Part shown: positions 1 to 12,718 of the stretch, one piece after another
How the letters are laid out: each line of letters begins with the position of its first letter
How positions within the stretch are numbered: position 1 is the stretch's first letter
Source of the DNA: Proteromonas lacertae
Lineage: Eukaryota
Assembly (NCBI GenBank): GCA_002245135.1
Contig: NGBS01000017.1
Coordinates: forward strand, 1 to 64,000
Length of the DNA: 64,000 nucleotides
Direction: 5' to 3'
Notes under the pieces: model-generated
What the model saw: only the letters and a program-made list of their open reading frames with translations
What the model was told of the DNA's origin: nothing
Databases searched by the model: none
Program-made: the position numbers and the translations under genes

Positions 1-302
1 TATATAGATGATTAACGTTTGCCAAAGAAGGCGTTATAACAGTTAATTAGCTTTAAATAAAATAGAAGATTAAAAGGTTATGTTTCACCTTAATTGCAAT
101 TTGTAATACACTCTGATACCATTAGTATCTATTTTCCTACTTATCAAGTATTTATTTAGTATCCTATTAGCTGCTTATTAATCATGTACTATTAACATAA
201 TCTTATCAGCAAGGTAGTATTACTCACATTTAGATGCAATAATTACATAAAAAAATTAGTGTGTGTAAGTTGGTTTTTTTCGTTGAAGTACCCCAAAAGA
301 CT

Positions 303-1633
303 ATGAATCAAGCATTTGATGATTTTTTCTTCTGCAGAAGAATGCTTATCGTTACTTGTATAACTCACGTTTTATAAAAAATAGAGGAAAGGGTTTGATA
401 GGATGAGAGGAAGAACACCTTCAAATCAGCAAGTCCTTACATGCCGCTTGCTCACACAAGTCAGTTGATAGCTGAAACATTTTATAGTATTTTTTTATTG
501 TTACAGTTTTTTACTCTAGTGAACTATTATGAAGTTAATATAATCGAAGAGAAATACCTTGATTTATGGAGTAAAAATTGCACACTTCATTTTGTGCAGC
601 TGTCTACTATCGTCAGTGTATTCAAACTATTCAGTTTCGGATTTGTAGACAAATTTTTCCCTACTAGTATATATAAAAATGAAAATTATATATTTGTGCA
701 GATCGTATAACATACAATCAATTCTTCCAGTTCGTCTGTGTAATGTCATTGTTTGATTTTTCAACAAATTGTTTCATTAATGATTGGAATTTGTAGAATA
801 CAATCAAATGTAATGATAACTCATGACCAAGTAATTGAAGTGGTAAGAGTGTTTGATAAAGATAGGTTAGTTAATTTAGATGATTTTTTACTGAAAATTT
901 AATCAGTGTTCCTGAGTATATATATAATATACATATATATATAATATTATTTATTAGTATAAAAAGGAAGACTTATTCATTGAAAGGTTTTATTAATTTT
1001 TTAAATAACACTGAATTACTTCAAAAGAATTTCATCAAATTACAAAACTCATTAGTTTCACAAATACTAACTGAGAGACATAAAAATATAATATTAAATA
1101 GATTTCAATTTTATACATTATGTAAAAGAGGAACTCTAACCAATCAATTTACCAAAAGAATCATGTTTAAGTTCATTCAGTCGAAGTTTACTGGTGAACC
1201 ACCTCCCTATCATTATGATTATATATTATCCAATACAAAAGCAGAATTTCTATATACAGAGAATAATATTGACGTATTGGTGTTATTAATAAAACAGAAT
1301 TATGGATATGGAAATAGAGCTTCAAGGTCATCCAAAGCGTTAAAGACAACAATGAATAATTCAACTAGATCATCTTCTTATGCTGAATGTTCTAGTAATA
1401 AGAATTCATATATTAATAATTCTACTTTAATTTCTCCAAGTTTATCTCAATCTCCATTACTAGATCATTCATTATTGAAGAATAAAATGAATGGAAAAAG
1501 ACAGAAATTTATGTCAATTCATTCTATTAAGATTGTTAATGCATGCCATACACCTTGTTCACAAAATCATACTCTTTATCCATCTCCTAGTGTTTCACCT
1601 AAACCAGAAAATTATACAAATAAAATTACTTAA
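303..1633 (+). CDS. Multi-exon gene of a lineage-specific family, paralog 1 of 3 (possibly degenerate EF-hand/calcineurin-B-like fold); Ser-rich tail
   Basis: ORFs 441-710 and 980-1633 are joined by short GT..AG introns. Shares the motif EPxPY/FHYDY...NIDxLxxxxKQxYGY with the genes at 2122 and 3642. Start codon approximate; the fold call is weak. Confidence 0.65.
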
Positions 1634-2121
1634 AAATTGTTTGTGAAGACAAACAGTAGTACGTTGTAACATAGTATTGAAATGAAGTGTTTTATAGTCA
1701 TTTATATATAGATATCGTATACTTTAATTTGTAACATATTTAAATTTTATTAATTTATTATTTATGAATAATATGGTTTATTTCAAGATGTTACATAATC
1801 AAAAATGTATCAATTACTTATGTGAACTGTAAAAAATATTCTTTTAATCACATTCTTTTGTTTATAATCAAAAGTATATAAAATGCAGCAAACATAACAT
1901 TTCATTGGATAGTGCAAATAAGATATATATCAGGTATAAATTCAAAAAAACACTATTTTTCTTTGAGACTGAGATTGAGTATAATAATCGCAGTATAACG
2001 GCTATTTTCATTTCTACACTGCAATAATATCTATTTACACTCAAAATAATGATTTATCAAGGATAAATCATCCTACCTAAGTGATTTTAATGTGTAACGG
2101 TTTTCATAATAGAATTGAAAA

Positions 2122-3440
2122 ATGATTAAAACACAACATATTGATGAAATCAAGGATCCAAATGCTCTCATAGCTGAATTAGTATGCTATTTGACATTTA
2201 TATTTATCTAGAACTTGGGATATAAAAAATATAAACGATCTATTTTCTCATCTGCTGATAGATCTACGCTTTTGTTACTATCTCCGATTAGTGTCAACAT
2301 AGCTGAAACCTATTTCAGTATTTTGATTTTATAAGTCATTTATAGTGAATTTTTTCGAAATTAATAAAATACTTGGTAAATATTTGGAGTTATGGAATAA
2401 AAATAGAGAGTTATCATATGTACGGTTGACAACATTTATGAGTACTTATCATGTTTTCAATACAGGAATATTGGACAAATTCTTCCCATATGGTATTATT
2501 TAGTAAATGTTACATTATATTTAGGTCGTATTTACTATGATCAGTTCTTTCAATATGTGTGTATATTGTCTTTTTTTGAATACAATCAAATAATCTCTTT
2601 AATTATGTCAATGTGTAGGATACATTCCAATGTTTTTATAACCAAGAGCAGATAGTTGCATTTATCAGTACAATAGATAAATCAAATCAAATCAATTTAG
2701 AAACCTTTTTTCTTTCACATTCAATGAGTTTGAAAGAGTATAATATTATTATTTATATTTTATTATTAGTATAAGTACTAAAACCTATTCTATAAAAGCA
2801 TTTTTAGGATTTATTAATGATTCAATAGTATTCCAATCAATTATTTATCAATTAAGATTAGTTATATTTTTCAGATATATTTCCATCAAAATATCAACAT
2901 ATTGTATTGAATAGATATAATTATTACACATTCATGCCAAATGGAGAAGATTTAGCAACAAAACCAGTTGAATCCTGTAGTAATTATTTAAGAAGGATAT
3001 TTAGCAGAGAACCATCTCCTTTTCACTATGATTATGCGATTGTTAATAATAATAATAAGAGAAAAGATGCTTCTATGAATCATATTGATGAATTATTGTT
3101 AATGTTAAAACAGAATTATGGATATGGCTATAGAATGCATAGTACTTCTAGAACATGTTATTCTGCTTCTTTATCCAAAGGTAGACTCTCCTCTTCGAAA
3201 TCTAATCATTCAACTCAATCAAAGCTTTCTACTTTACAATCAAGATATTCTATTTGTCCAATTAAAGAATCATCTAATGATGGTAATTACAATAGTGCTA
3301 ATAAAATAATACAAAGGAAAACTATGAATAAAAAAAGTAAATCATTTAATATTCCAAAGTGTAATTCTTCTGTTCCTCCAAGATTAATGAATGGAGGAAG
3401 ATTCAGAAATAAATCTGTTGAAGAAGTTTTTATTCCTTGA
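2122..3440 (+). CDS. Same family, paralog 2 of 3
   Basis: ATG at 2122 (MIKTQHIDEIKDPNALIAEL), short introns, last exon REPSPFHYDY...HIDELLLMLKQNYGYG. Confidence 0.7.
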
Positions 3441-3641
3441 TACTTTATGTGGATTTAGGATTTATTTATTCTATGATCTGAGGTAAATGAGTTATTTTAT
3501 GTTATTTATTTTATTTATGTATCATTCAATTAAGAATATGTTATTTATTTATTGTGAATTTGTGTTGATTGTGGTTTTATACAGATTTTATGTCAAAAGC
3601 GTAATTTACCTAATTCGTTACATTTATCAATTTTTTTTAAT

Positions 3642-4958
3642 ATGTCTTTTGTCGTCTATAAAGACGATGGTCATACCAAAAATTTAGAACCAAACGTACT
3701 AGTATATATTATGGTCTATATTGTTGTTAGACACTTGCTTATGAATCATATAAAACAAAGAATATTCGGAAAAGAGAAACATTATATTTGCCTCTTACTC
3801 CATTATGCAATATCTGTGCTGAAGCATTATTCTGTATATTTGCTCATTTTACCCATTATAGTAAATAAACTTGAAATCAATAGTATATTAGAAGTTTATC
3901 TAGACATATGGGGGAAGAACCAGCATCAGAATTTTATACCTCTATCTACTTTCCTTAATGAATTCCAATTTTCTTGTATCCAAATGATTTCCCTGTTTTT
4001 TCCTCGCGGAGAAGTATATTACGATAAGTTCCTCCAATTTGTATTTGTAATTGTATTCTTCAACAATGTACAGATTATATCACTCCTATTAGCAATGAGT
4101 AAGATCCATTCTAATTTATTTATTACATCCAATCAAATTAATCAGTTTACATCACTTTTTGATAAGACAATCGTACAAAGTTTAGATTTGTCTGCCTTTT
4201 ATTTAAGTGATCAAGCTTGTGCACATAAGTATATATATCAATTAATTATTATTATTTATAATAGTTTACCACAAGGTAATTACTCAATGAAAGGTTTCAT
4301 TAGTTTTGTAGATGCTTCTGTTGCTTTTTCCAATTTTTTATATGGTTTAAAATTGAAAATGTTAGAAAAAGTGATAAGTTCAAAATCGTACTACCAAATT
4401 GTAAATAGATATACTTATTATTGTAATACAAGCAACTATTCAGATGTACGAAGTAACAATAAAACTCCTACTGATATAACAAATACAAAAATAGCTTCAA
4501 TATATCCAGAAGCAATACTAATAACTCAGAAATCAACATTTCGAATAGAAGAAGAGGAAAAACTACAAATTGAAGCTAAATCTAGATTAAACAAAGTCCC
4601 TAGCGAGTGTTGCTGTAATAAAATTATTCGATTCTACAATGATGAGCCTTCCCCTTATCATTTCGATTATTATTTGTCAAAACCAACATCACATAACATA
4701 GATAATTTATTATTTCAATTAAAACAGGCATATGGTTATGCAAAAAGAACTTCAACATCTTTTAGAACAAGAAAATCAGATACAACTACTGAAAGTTCAT
4801 CACGAAGTTCATTAAATATGAAAATTCATGCAAACTCATTGAATTTGTTGATTGATTCACACAACAATAATATAAGAAGTAGAAGTGGTAGAAGAACAAT
4901 GTCTGTGAAAACTGTTACTCCAGCTACACAGAAAGTAAATGTAAAATCATATGAATAG
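3642..4958 (+). CDS. Same family, paralog 3 of 3
   Basis: Contains DEPSPYHFDY...NIDNLLFQLKQAYGY. The ORF track reads through introns at about 3703-3730 and 3834-3861. The true exon between them (TLAYESYK...LPLTPLCNICAEALF) is in another frame and aligns with paralogs 1 and 2. Confidence 0.7.
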   Translation: MSFVVYKDDGHTKNLEPNVLVYIMVYIVVRHLLMNHIKQRIFGKEKHYICLLLHYAISVLKHYSVYLLILPIIVNKLEINSILEVYLDIWGKNQHQNFIPLSTFLNEFQFSCIQMISLFFPRGEVYYDKFLQFVFVIVFFNNVQIISLLLAMSKIHSNLFITSNQINQFTSLFDKTIVQSLDLSAFYLSDQACAHKYIYQLIIIIYNSLPQGNYSMKGFISFVDASVAFSNFLYGLKLKMLEKVISSKSYYQIVNRYTYYCNTSNYSDVRSNNKTPTDITNTKIASIYPEAILITQKSTFRIEEEEKLQIEAKSRLNKVPSECCCNKIIRFYNDEPSPYHFDYYLSKPTSHNIDNLLFQLKQAYGYAKRTSTSFRTRKSDTTTESSSRSSLNMKIHANSLNLLIDSHNNNIRSRSGRRTMSVKTVTPATQKVNVKSYE

Positions 4959-5966
4959 AAGGAAGAAAGATATATATATGGTTTTTCTTCTTTTTTACAC
5001 ACATTTTGTACATAATAATTATCACAATTTAGGATTAATATGTTATAATATGTAGTAAAATATTAAGATAGTATTAAATAGGTTTTTAGTATATATATTT
5101 AATGTTTTTCGTCTAATTTATCACTATAAAATAACAACATAATATTATAACAAAAAGAAAAAAATAATTATTTTAATATCGTCTAAATTAACTCTCTCTT
5201 TCCTTCCTTCACAATTACTTCTTCATCTTCTACTCTTTTTCTCACTTACACCAGCATAATCTATCAATATAAAATAGTATATAACCATGTTCGTATGTTC
5301 AGCAGCAACCTGCTACGAGAAAAGCATGATCACTGACTCTAACATCCTCTACCTATAGCACTTATTCACAGCAACATTTTATAATAGAAAATGTCACGTA
5401 AATTATCAATCAAGCGCATTTTAGAAAATTAAGCTCGGGAATAAAAATCTCAGCAGCGATATGTCAGCCGAAAGATGGTAATTAATGAATATCCTCATAG
5501 CTCGAATGTGGTAGATTTTGGAAGAGGAATTAACTGATTATAAAAATATATACCTTTATTCAGCAGTTTAACACGTTTTTGATAATTGTTTTTCTACCTA
5601 TAAGCAAATAAGAATATGAATAAAAGAATAATTAATATAATATCAGTGTAACTATGACATCAAATCAAAAATCCTCAATAATCCATAGCTTTCCAAAACG
5701 GTAAGACTAATGGTTAGGTTACATGGGTTCACATCATATATAATATATAAATCAATAAAAAGAAACAAAAAAATAATCAGAAGTTGGATATATGGTTTCA
5801 TACGCTTAAAAAGCGTCCAAATGAGGAATCCGATCCTTAGTTCATCATGTTATAATAGTAGTAATAATATATACCTTTTACATCATTGAATAAAACAAAG
5901 AAATGCAAAATGCAATAAAATGTAATTCATATTTTTTGACATAGTAATAGTCAGAATTACATTTTT

Positions 5967-7171
5967 ATGGAATCTGAGGATTTAACACTACTACAAGTGA
6001 ATATAATAACAAGACATGGCTCTAGATGCCCATTGTAAAATTATGAAATAGGAGAATCAAAACAAAAAGAACTTGATGATTTTTGGAATGAACAAATACT
6101 ACAGAAAGATGATGTAGATAGAATAAACACATTATTTCCATTGGAGGATGTAAAACTATATCCCAGAACTGATCCATATGGTAGATTAACTAAAACTGGA
6201 TTTAATCAAATGTGTGATTTAGGAAAAAGAATTGTATTATTTTTTATAAATTATATTTTCAATAGAGATCAAAATATATAAACAATATTTTTCTAAAAGA
6301 GCCATTTCGAAAGAAAGAAGTTAAAATCAAATGTTCTGGGTTTGAAAGAACACAACAGAGTGCTCAAGCAATGTTATTAGGATTATTAGATCTGAAAATA
6401 ACTTCAAATAAACCAAGAAAAGATTGGTATCCAGTAGTTCATACATATTCTACTCCTCCATCCATTTTTGATCGTATTTTTTATTATTATTATTATTTTA
6501 ATTATAGCAAGTGATGGATATACAATGAATCTTCGTAAAGATAAGGAATTGATAAATGAAATATTGAGAAATACAGAAGAATATACAAAAATAATACCAG
6601 AAATTAATAAATATGTAGATGTGTCAAAATTCAATCCTAGTTATTCATTTTTATATCAATTTGATTATTTTAGGACTTATATTGATAATAATTACCCAGT
6701 AATTCCAGAAATAGAAAAATATAAAGATATTGTGTTTAAAAATGTTGAAGTTTATTTACATTCGTTTTATAAACAGCCAAAAGTGTATAAATATTGCAAT
6801 GAAGGAATTTTGACTTTAATATACAAAAATATGTTAAATAAACTTCATAATTGTATATATATATATATTATTTAATTGTAATTTAGTTAAACCATTGAAA
6901 TTGTGTATATTATCTGGTCATGATTTAACAACTGCATGTTTAATGTATCAATTCAATAAAGAAGAAGCTTGTAAGAGATGGCCAGATTATGCAGATAATG
7001 TTTATTTTATATTGTTATTTTATTATATTTTTATAGATTGAAGTGAAATTATACAAAGATAACGAAGATAATCATTATTTTGAAGTTTTTCATAATGATA
7101 AGTCAATTATAATAGATGGATTTGATAGATCAATATTGCCTTTGTCATGTTTTAAAGAGTTATTAGTGTAA
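5967..7171 (+). CDS. Histidine acid phosphatase (branch 2), with an in-frame TAA at 6036-6038
   Basis: RHGSRCP motif at 6012-6032, followed by GRLTKTGFNQM, FERTQQSA and SGHD. Four short introns. Paralog of 8576-9707. Confidence 0.8.
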
Positions 7172-7277
7172 TATAGAAAAATATATATTTAAATAATACA
7201 AATGTTTATTATAAATCATTAACTTAAATATGTTTTTTAAAGGATTTTTATTATAAATTGAATTGTTTTACTATCTA

Positions 7278-8240
7278 TTAATGCCAATACAAACTAATTA
7301 CTTTGTTGATCTCATTAACACATTCCTCATTTGATAATTTCTCTATTCCATCATACAAATGTATTTTTTCGCATTTGAATAATGGTAGACTATCTCTATA
7401 GAAATAATCTAAGGTAAAAAATGGGTGATTTAAAGCTTGAAAAGCACTTATTCTCTTTGCAGGATCAACTTCCAATAGTTTCTTTATTAAGTCCACTAAA
7501 CAAGGATCTAAAGCATATAACCTTCCATCCAATTTTTGATCTAGCCTTTGGAACTGAATCTCAATATCTTCACCACCTTTTATCAATGGTTCTTCCATTA
7601 TCATCTCATAAAATATACATCCCACTGACCACATATCAATGGATTCATCGTATACACCTTTGCTAAATAGTTCAGGAGATCTATACAACAATGTAACAAC
7701 TTCCTGGTTATAGTCAATATTATCAGACCTTAAGCAGGACAAACCGAAGTCTGCTATTTTTACACACAAATTGTCATCTAACAATATGTTATCTGGTTTT
7801 AAATCTCGATGAATCACTCCTTTTGAGTGTAAATAATGAACTCCCTGTAATATCTGATTCATTATAGACTTATAATACTTTCTATTCTCGTTAATAAAGT
7901 AGGCATTATGTATAAACACCCTTAAATTTGAATTCATGTAAGGGTAAAGAATATTCACTCTATCCAGATTGTCATACATACCAGGCATTAAAACTTTGTG
8001 TATACCCAATATATTTTCATGGCGTAACAATCCACCTAACATGATCTCTCTTAATAGACTATTTAGGGTGACATGGTTAGTATCAATTGATTTACATGCA
8101 TACACTCTTCCTGATAAGTCACACTTTACAGATATTACTTCCGATGTTACACCACTCCCTAAATACCCCTCGGCTTGATAGGTATTGTATGATACATGTT
8201 GAATTGAAACTGGAGAGCCAATTCGGTTGTATTGATCCAT
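7278..8240 (-). CDS. CMGC-group (CDK/MAPK-like) Ser/Thr kinase, intronless
   Basis: Motifs GSGVTS, YACK, HRDLKPDN, DFG, EVVTLLYRSPE and DMWSVGCIF. Confidence 0.9.
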   Translation of the reverse strand: MDQYNRIGSPVSIQHVSYNTYQAEGYLGSGVTSEVISVKCDLSGRVYACKSIDTNHVTLNSLLREIMLGGLLRHENILGIHKVLMPGMYDNLDRVNILYPYMNSNLRVFIHNAYFINENRKYYKSIMNQILQGVHYLHSKGVIHRDLKPDNILLDDNLCVKIADFGLSCLRSDNIDYNQEVVTLLYRSPELFSKGVYDESIDMWSVGCIFYEMIMEEPLIKGGEDIEIQFQRLDQKLDGRLYALDPCLVDLIKKLLEVDPAKRISAFQALNHPFFTLDYFYRDSLPLFKCEKIHLYDGIEKLSNEECVNEINKVISLYWH

Positions 8241-8575
8241 CGAAATAGAATTTGATGTAAAAATAAAACAAACCTAAAATTTATGTAAGGAATTTTACTA
8301 TTTACATTATGAAGTATGTAAAAATATTATAAGGGTTGATTGTCATTTAATGGCAATAAATATTACATTTGGTGAAGAATGCAATGATTATTAAGCTAAT
8401 TATACTGATCTACTAATCAAAGGCTTCTATAAGTTAGGCTAAGATGTAAGTATTTCTTATGAGTTGTAAAATTGCTCAATGAGCTATAATTTTTATTGTC
8501 TAACTTGATTTTGCTGAACATAGATATTAGACGAATTTAAACAAAATATATATCATGTATATACCATAGTAACAA

Positions 8576-9707
8576 TTACATAAAATATTTAGGAAAATCT
8601 TCCAAAGGAATATACTCACTCTTCGCATTATCAGCTTTAATCACTTCAAAATTGTATAACATTCGCACAAAATACCTACCATCTGACGGTAATTCATACA
8701 ATTCGAATATCACATGAGCTGCATATTTCGGCCAAATCATACACAATTCAGGTTTAAACAGCCCTAACACTGATAATACAGATGTATCATGAGCACCAGA
8801 GATAGTACATTTCACTTTATTAAAATTATGTTTCATATTCAACATACTGTAGTATATTTTTGTCAAATAGAATTCAATTGTATATTTCGCTATTTTTGGA
8901 TTTTGATAAGTCAAACAGAATGAACGAGAACATTCATCAATTACTATATCTTTGTAAGGTTCCAATTCCTTTTGAATTGGTATATTATATAGACTATTAC
9001 AGTAGTAATAATCTCGATGAATTATCGAATCATATTTTCCGTGAGATTTTAAATATTTCTTTATTTTTGAGACTATATCATCATATTTTGTTGTGCATTC
9101 ATGTATCTTCTCTTGAAGATCAGGACTTGCTTCTAATTTCCAAAATACTGAGTCAACAGCTATAGTAACAATAATAACTAATATATATTATACGATTCAA
9201 TTGCTGTGGATTTGGATTCATAACTTTTATTTTTGGAAACCATTTTTCTCTATCTACTACACTATCATCAAGTGATAGTAATCCATACAGTACTCCTTGT
9301 ACACTTTCATATGTACGTTGAAAATGTGTAGAATAACACTTCACTTCTTTTTCTTGTAGAGGTAAATGAAGAAAATTGGTTTGAACGTAATGTTCATTCT
9401 AATTATATATCATATACTGCTATACTAGCTCTTTACCTAATTCTATCAAACTATTTAAGCCATTTTTTGTCAACTTACCAAATACTTTTTCTTCACTACT
9501 CTCTGGTAGTTTATTTCCACAATTTGGAAATAACCTGATTAATCTATTTCTTGTTTCAACATCAAGTAAATGAGGCTTCCATGATTCTATTTCTAATTTA
9601 TTCTGCTCTTCATTTTTAGCAGCTGATAATGCTGTAGATCTATCTCCATGTCTATGAAAAATGTGGATTTGTTTTAAAATCAAATCATCTGGATTAAAAT
9701 CACTCAT
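8576..9707 (-). CDS. Histidine acid phosphatase (branch 2)
   Basis: RHGDRS, GKLTKNG, FQRTYESV and GAHD motifs spread over ORFs 9420-9731, 9153-9344 and 8576-8965, which are linked by introns. Confidence 0.85.
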
Positions 9708-9967
9708 AATAGCAAAAAAAGAAAAAAGCATATCAAACAGGAATCAAGTATTGATAATAATATAAATCTATTTTATACTTCAAAGCAATTATAGTTATGC
9801 GATAATATTAATATATTTTATAAGATTGCAATATATATTATTATTTAATATCAGAATCTTAACAAAATATTGTCAATTAAAAAAATAGATTATATAGAAT
9901 ATAATAAACTTATTTAAATTATTTTAACCAACTATTTACAATGAAATAAACTGTTAAAATAACCAAA

Positions 9968-11852
9968 TTAAGTTGTAACATCTTTTTTCACATCTTTATC
10001 AACATGGCAAATTCCAATAATACGTTTATCTGCTTTTAAACGATTCTCACTCATTTCACTAATAACCTTATGGCTATCTATCGCATTAAGCTCTGATAAA
10101 TAACTCTTTGGTAAAACCTTCGTAATTACACCCATACCACGAGTTGCTCCTTCTGCTAAGATTAATGGATCACCAACTCTAATACACTGTGGATGATATT
10201 TGAATTTAAACCAACAAATAGCTTTATCTCCACTTCGTAATACATCTTGAGACATTTTTACTAACTGACAGGTTTGTTTTATTGTGGAAACATGAATCAC
10301 TGGTTCATATGTATGACTGATCGTTGTTGGATGATGTAATATCGATAAATTAGCTTCAAATAAATAAGAAGCAATTGGTTCAGGTTTTATTCCACTTATT
10401 ACCATTCCACGATTTATATCTTTTCGTTTTAATTTTTCACCTTTCAAAGGTTTTAAAGTCACACTCACACTTTGACCTGCATAACATATTTCACTTGCAC
10501 TTCCTAAATAATATAATGTCTTGATTCCACTTTCACGAAATTCACCATCACTGAATGGACCAATCATTATCTTATTTCCTACTTTTATACTTCCACTTAC
10601 TACATTTCCACCAATTACTGTACCTATACCTGGAACACTGTATGTTTCATCGATTGTTATTAAAGTATTCTCTTTCTCTAATTTTAACCATTTTTCATTT
10701 ACTGGTAATAACGATAAGAACTTCAATAGAATATCTAAACCATTTCCATTCACATTAGACACTTTGAATAAAGGAACCATCGTGTTACTTTTCATTCCTT
10801 CAATCGCTGTTTTAACACTTTCCATATCACGAACTGGATAAGGAACACGATTGATACTTTTACTTTTTATTAATTTCTTTATATTCGCGATTGTTTCTTT
10901 CAAGATTTGAGGAGGACACATATCTATCTTTGTTATTACTACAAATAGAGGAATATGAAATGCCATTAATAAACCTAAATGTTCACGAGTCATTCTTTGA
11001 ACACCCATATTTCCACCTACTAATACCATGGAATAATCGATGTTTTGACCACTTAAACCTTGAATTGTTGTTTTTAAATATTTCTCATGACCAGCTAAAT
11101 CGACTAATGTTATTACTTTATTCACATGATTTAAATTATCACCAAAATGTAATCCTTTTATTTGTTCATTCTTTTCATTAAATCCAATTATATGTTTTGC
11201 TATACTAGATGTACGACCTGTATCTATCTCATGTGGAAATCGAAATACATAAGATCGAGCACTTCCATTTCCATTATCTAAATTACCATTCATCAATACA
11301 CCAACTAACGTACTTTTACCACTGTCTACATTACCAACTACCGCTAAATGAATATCAGGTATATGATTCATTCTTTCATTCATCTTATTGATTTTTATTT
11401 CACCTATTACACTGAATGGACTTTCACCATTTCCTATTGTTTCAATTTCTAAATTTACATTTAACTTTTTACTGATTCTATTTGAATAAATAATATTAAT
11501 TTATAATTATTTATACTTTAATAGCGTTTGTACTGATAAATCAAACTCTTTAGGAGGAATACCAATTGGACTACCATCATCTTTTATTCCTAGTATATAT
11601 CGAGCTTCATTTTTACCATCACTTTCTTCTATTCTCCAACTCATCTGAGTAGTTAAATGTTCAATACGAGAATCAGATGGTTCAACTAAGTGGATCTTGT
11701 ATTCTACACTTCCCTCTTCATTTTCTGCTGCTCTTTTTCCAAATGGTTTATTTGTATAATATTTGTACCCTACAAATAAATTAACAAATATAAAATATAC
11801 ACTGGAAGGTCTTTAATTGTTCTAAAAACTCTTTTTGGTTGGTTATATTCAT
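9968..11852 (-). CDS. GTP-binding protein GTPBP1/GTPBP2 family (translational GTPase), left paralog
   Basis: N-terminal ENEEGSVEYK motif, GNVDSGKST, GRTSS, DLAGHEKY and TKID. ATG at 11852 (MNITNQKEF); two introns. Confidence 0.9.
10191..11772. repeat. Left arm of a 1582-bp inverted repeat (partner 15464-17045)
   Basis: Reverse complement matches 15464-17045, including an intron. I saw only two differences, both synonymous (11759/15477 and 10265/16971). Confidence 0.95.
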
Positions 11853-12718
11853 CGTATTCTCTATTAGAGGTATCATATGAATAAATTATGTGTAATTAAA
11901 TATTTTTAAAGCTGATCAAAAACTACAAGAAAATCGTGAATGATTTTTTTATGAATTTAACAATTTCCTAAATGAAACGACTAGTTTTGTTTATTTCCGA
12001 TTTTACATAGTAATTATTTACATAGATGGAATTATATAATAGCAGATTTACTATTATATAAATTAAAAATTATTCTGTGGTATATATTATCAATTCTGAT
12101 AAAATGTGATTATGGCTGCTTTTGAGCATTTCAAATAGCACAGAAGATGAATTTTAAAATAATATATTAATATAGCCAATATTGCCCAGTAGTGTAACTA
12201 TCAGTTTATAAGACTATTAAGATGATAAAATATATTAACTTTATTACATATAAATATATTTCAACATAGAATTAATAAAAACACATTAATATACCGAAAT
12301 AAGGATTTAGCTAAAATTAACTGTACTAACAGCAACTCCACAAGATTCGTATAAAACTACATGATTACCTTTAACATTTATTATTATACTGCTCATTTAC
12401 TACATATATAACAAAGAAAATTGAGATATGTAATTTTAATGTCATTTTGACAAAATTACTTAGAACAAACTTTGTTATACATAATACCATCTTAATTTAG
12501 TAATTGGAAAGTATTGAAAGTAAAGTATAAGTTTCATAAATATGATACATAGATATATACTACATAATTGCCTCATATTAATATAAAAAAAGATTTCAGT
12601 CATTGTAATATATAAGCGGGAAAGAATATTTTATAAATATTCCGTATAAGTAATATTCTACAGTAAATAACTACTTTACATTTAATTTTTTACACATACT
12701 ACGCTATTCATACAAACC

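Noticed and set aside
10521..11391. Short ORFs antisense to conserved genes (here and at 7421, 16055, 42347, 49049, 63223 and others)
   Set aside because: They are shadow ORFs opposite well-supported coding sequences and have no motifs of their own.
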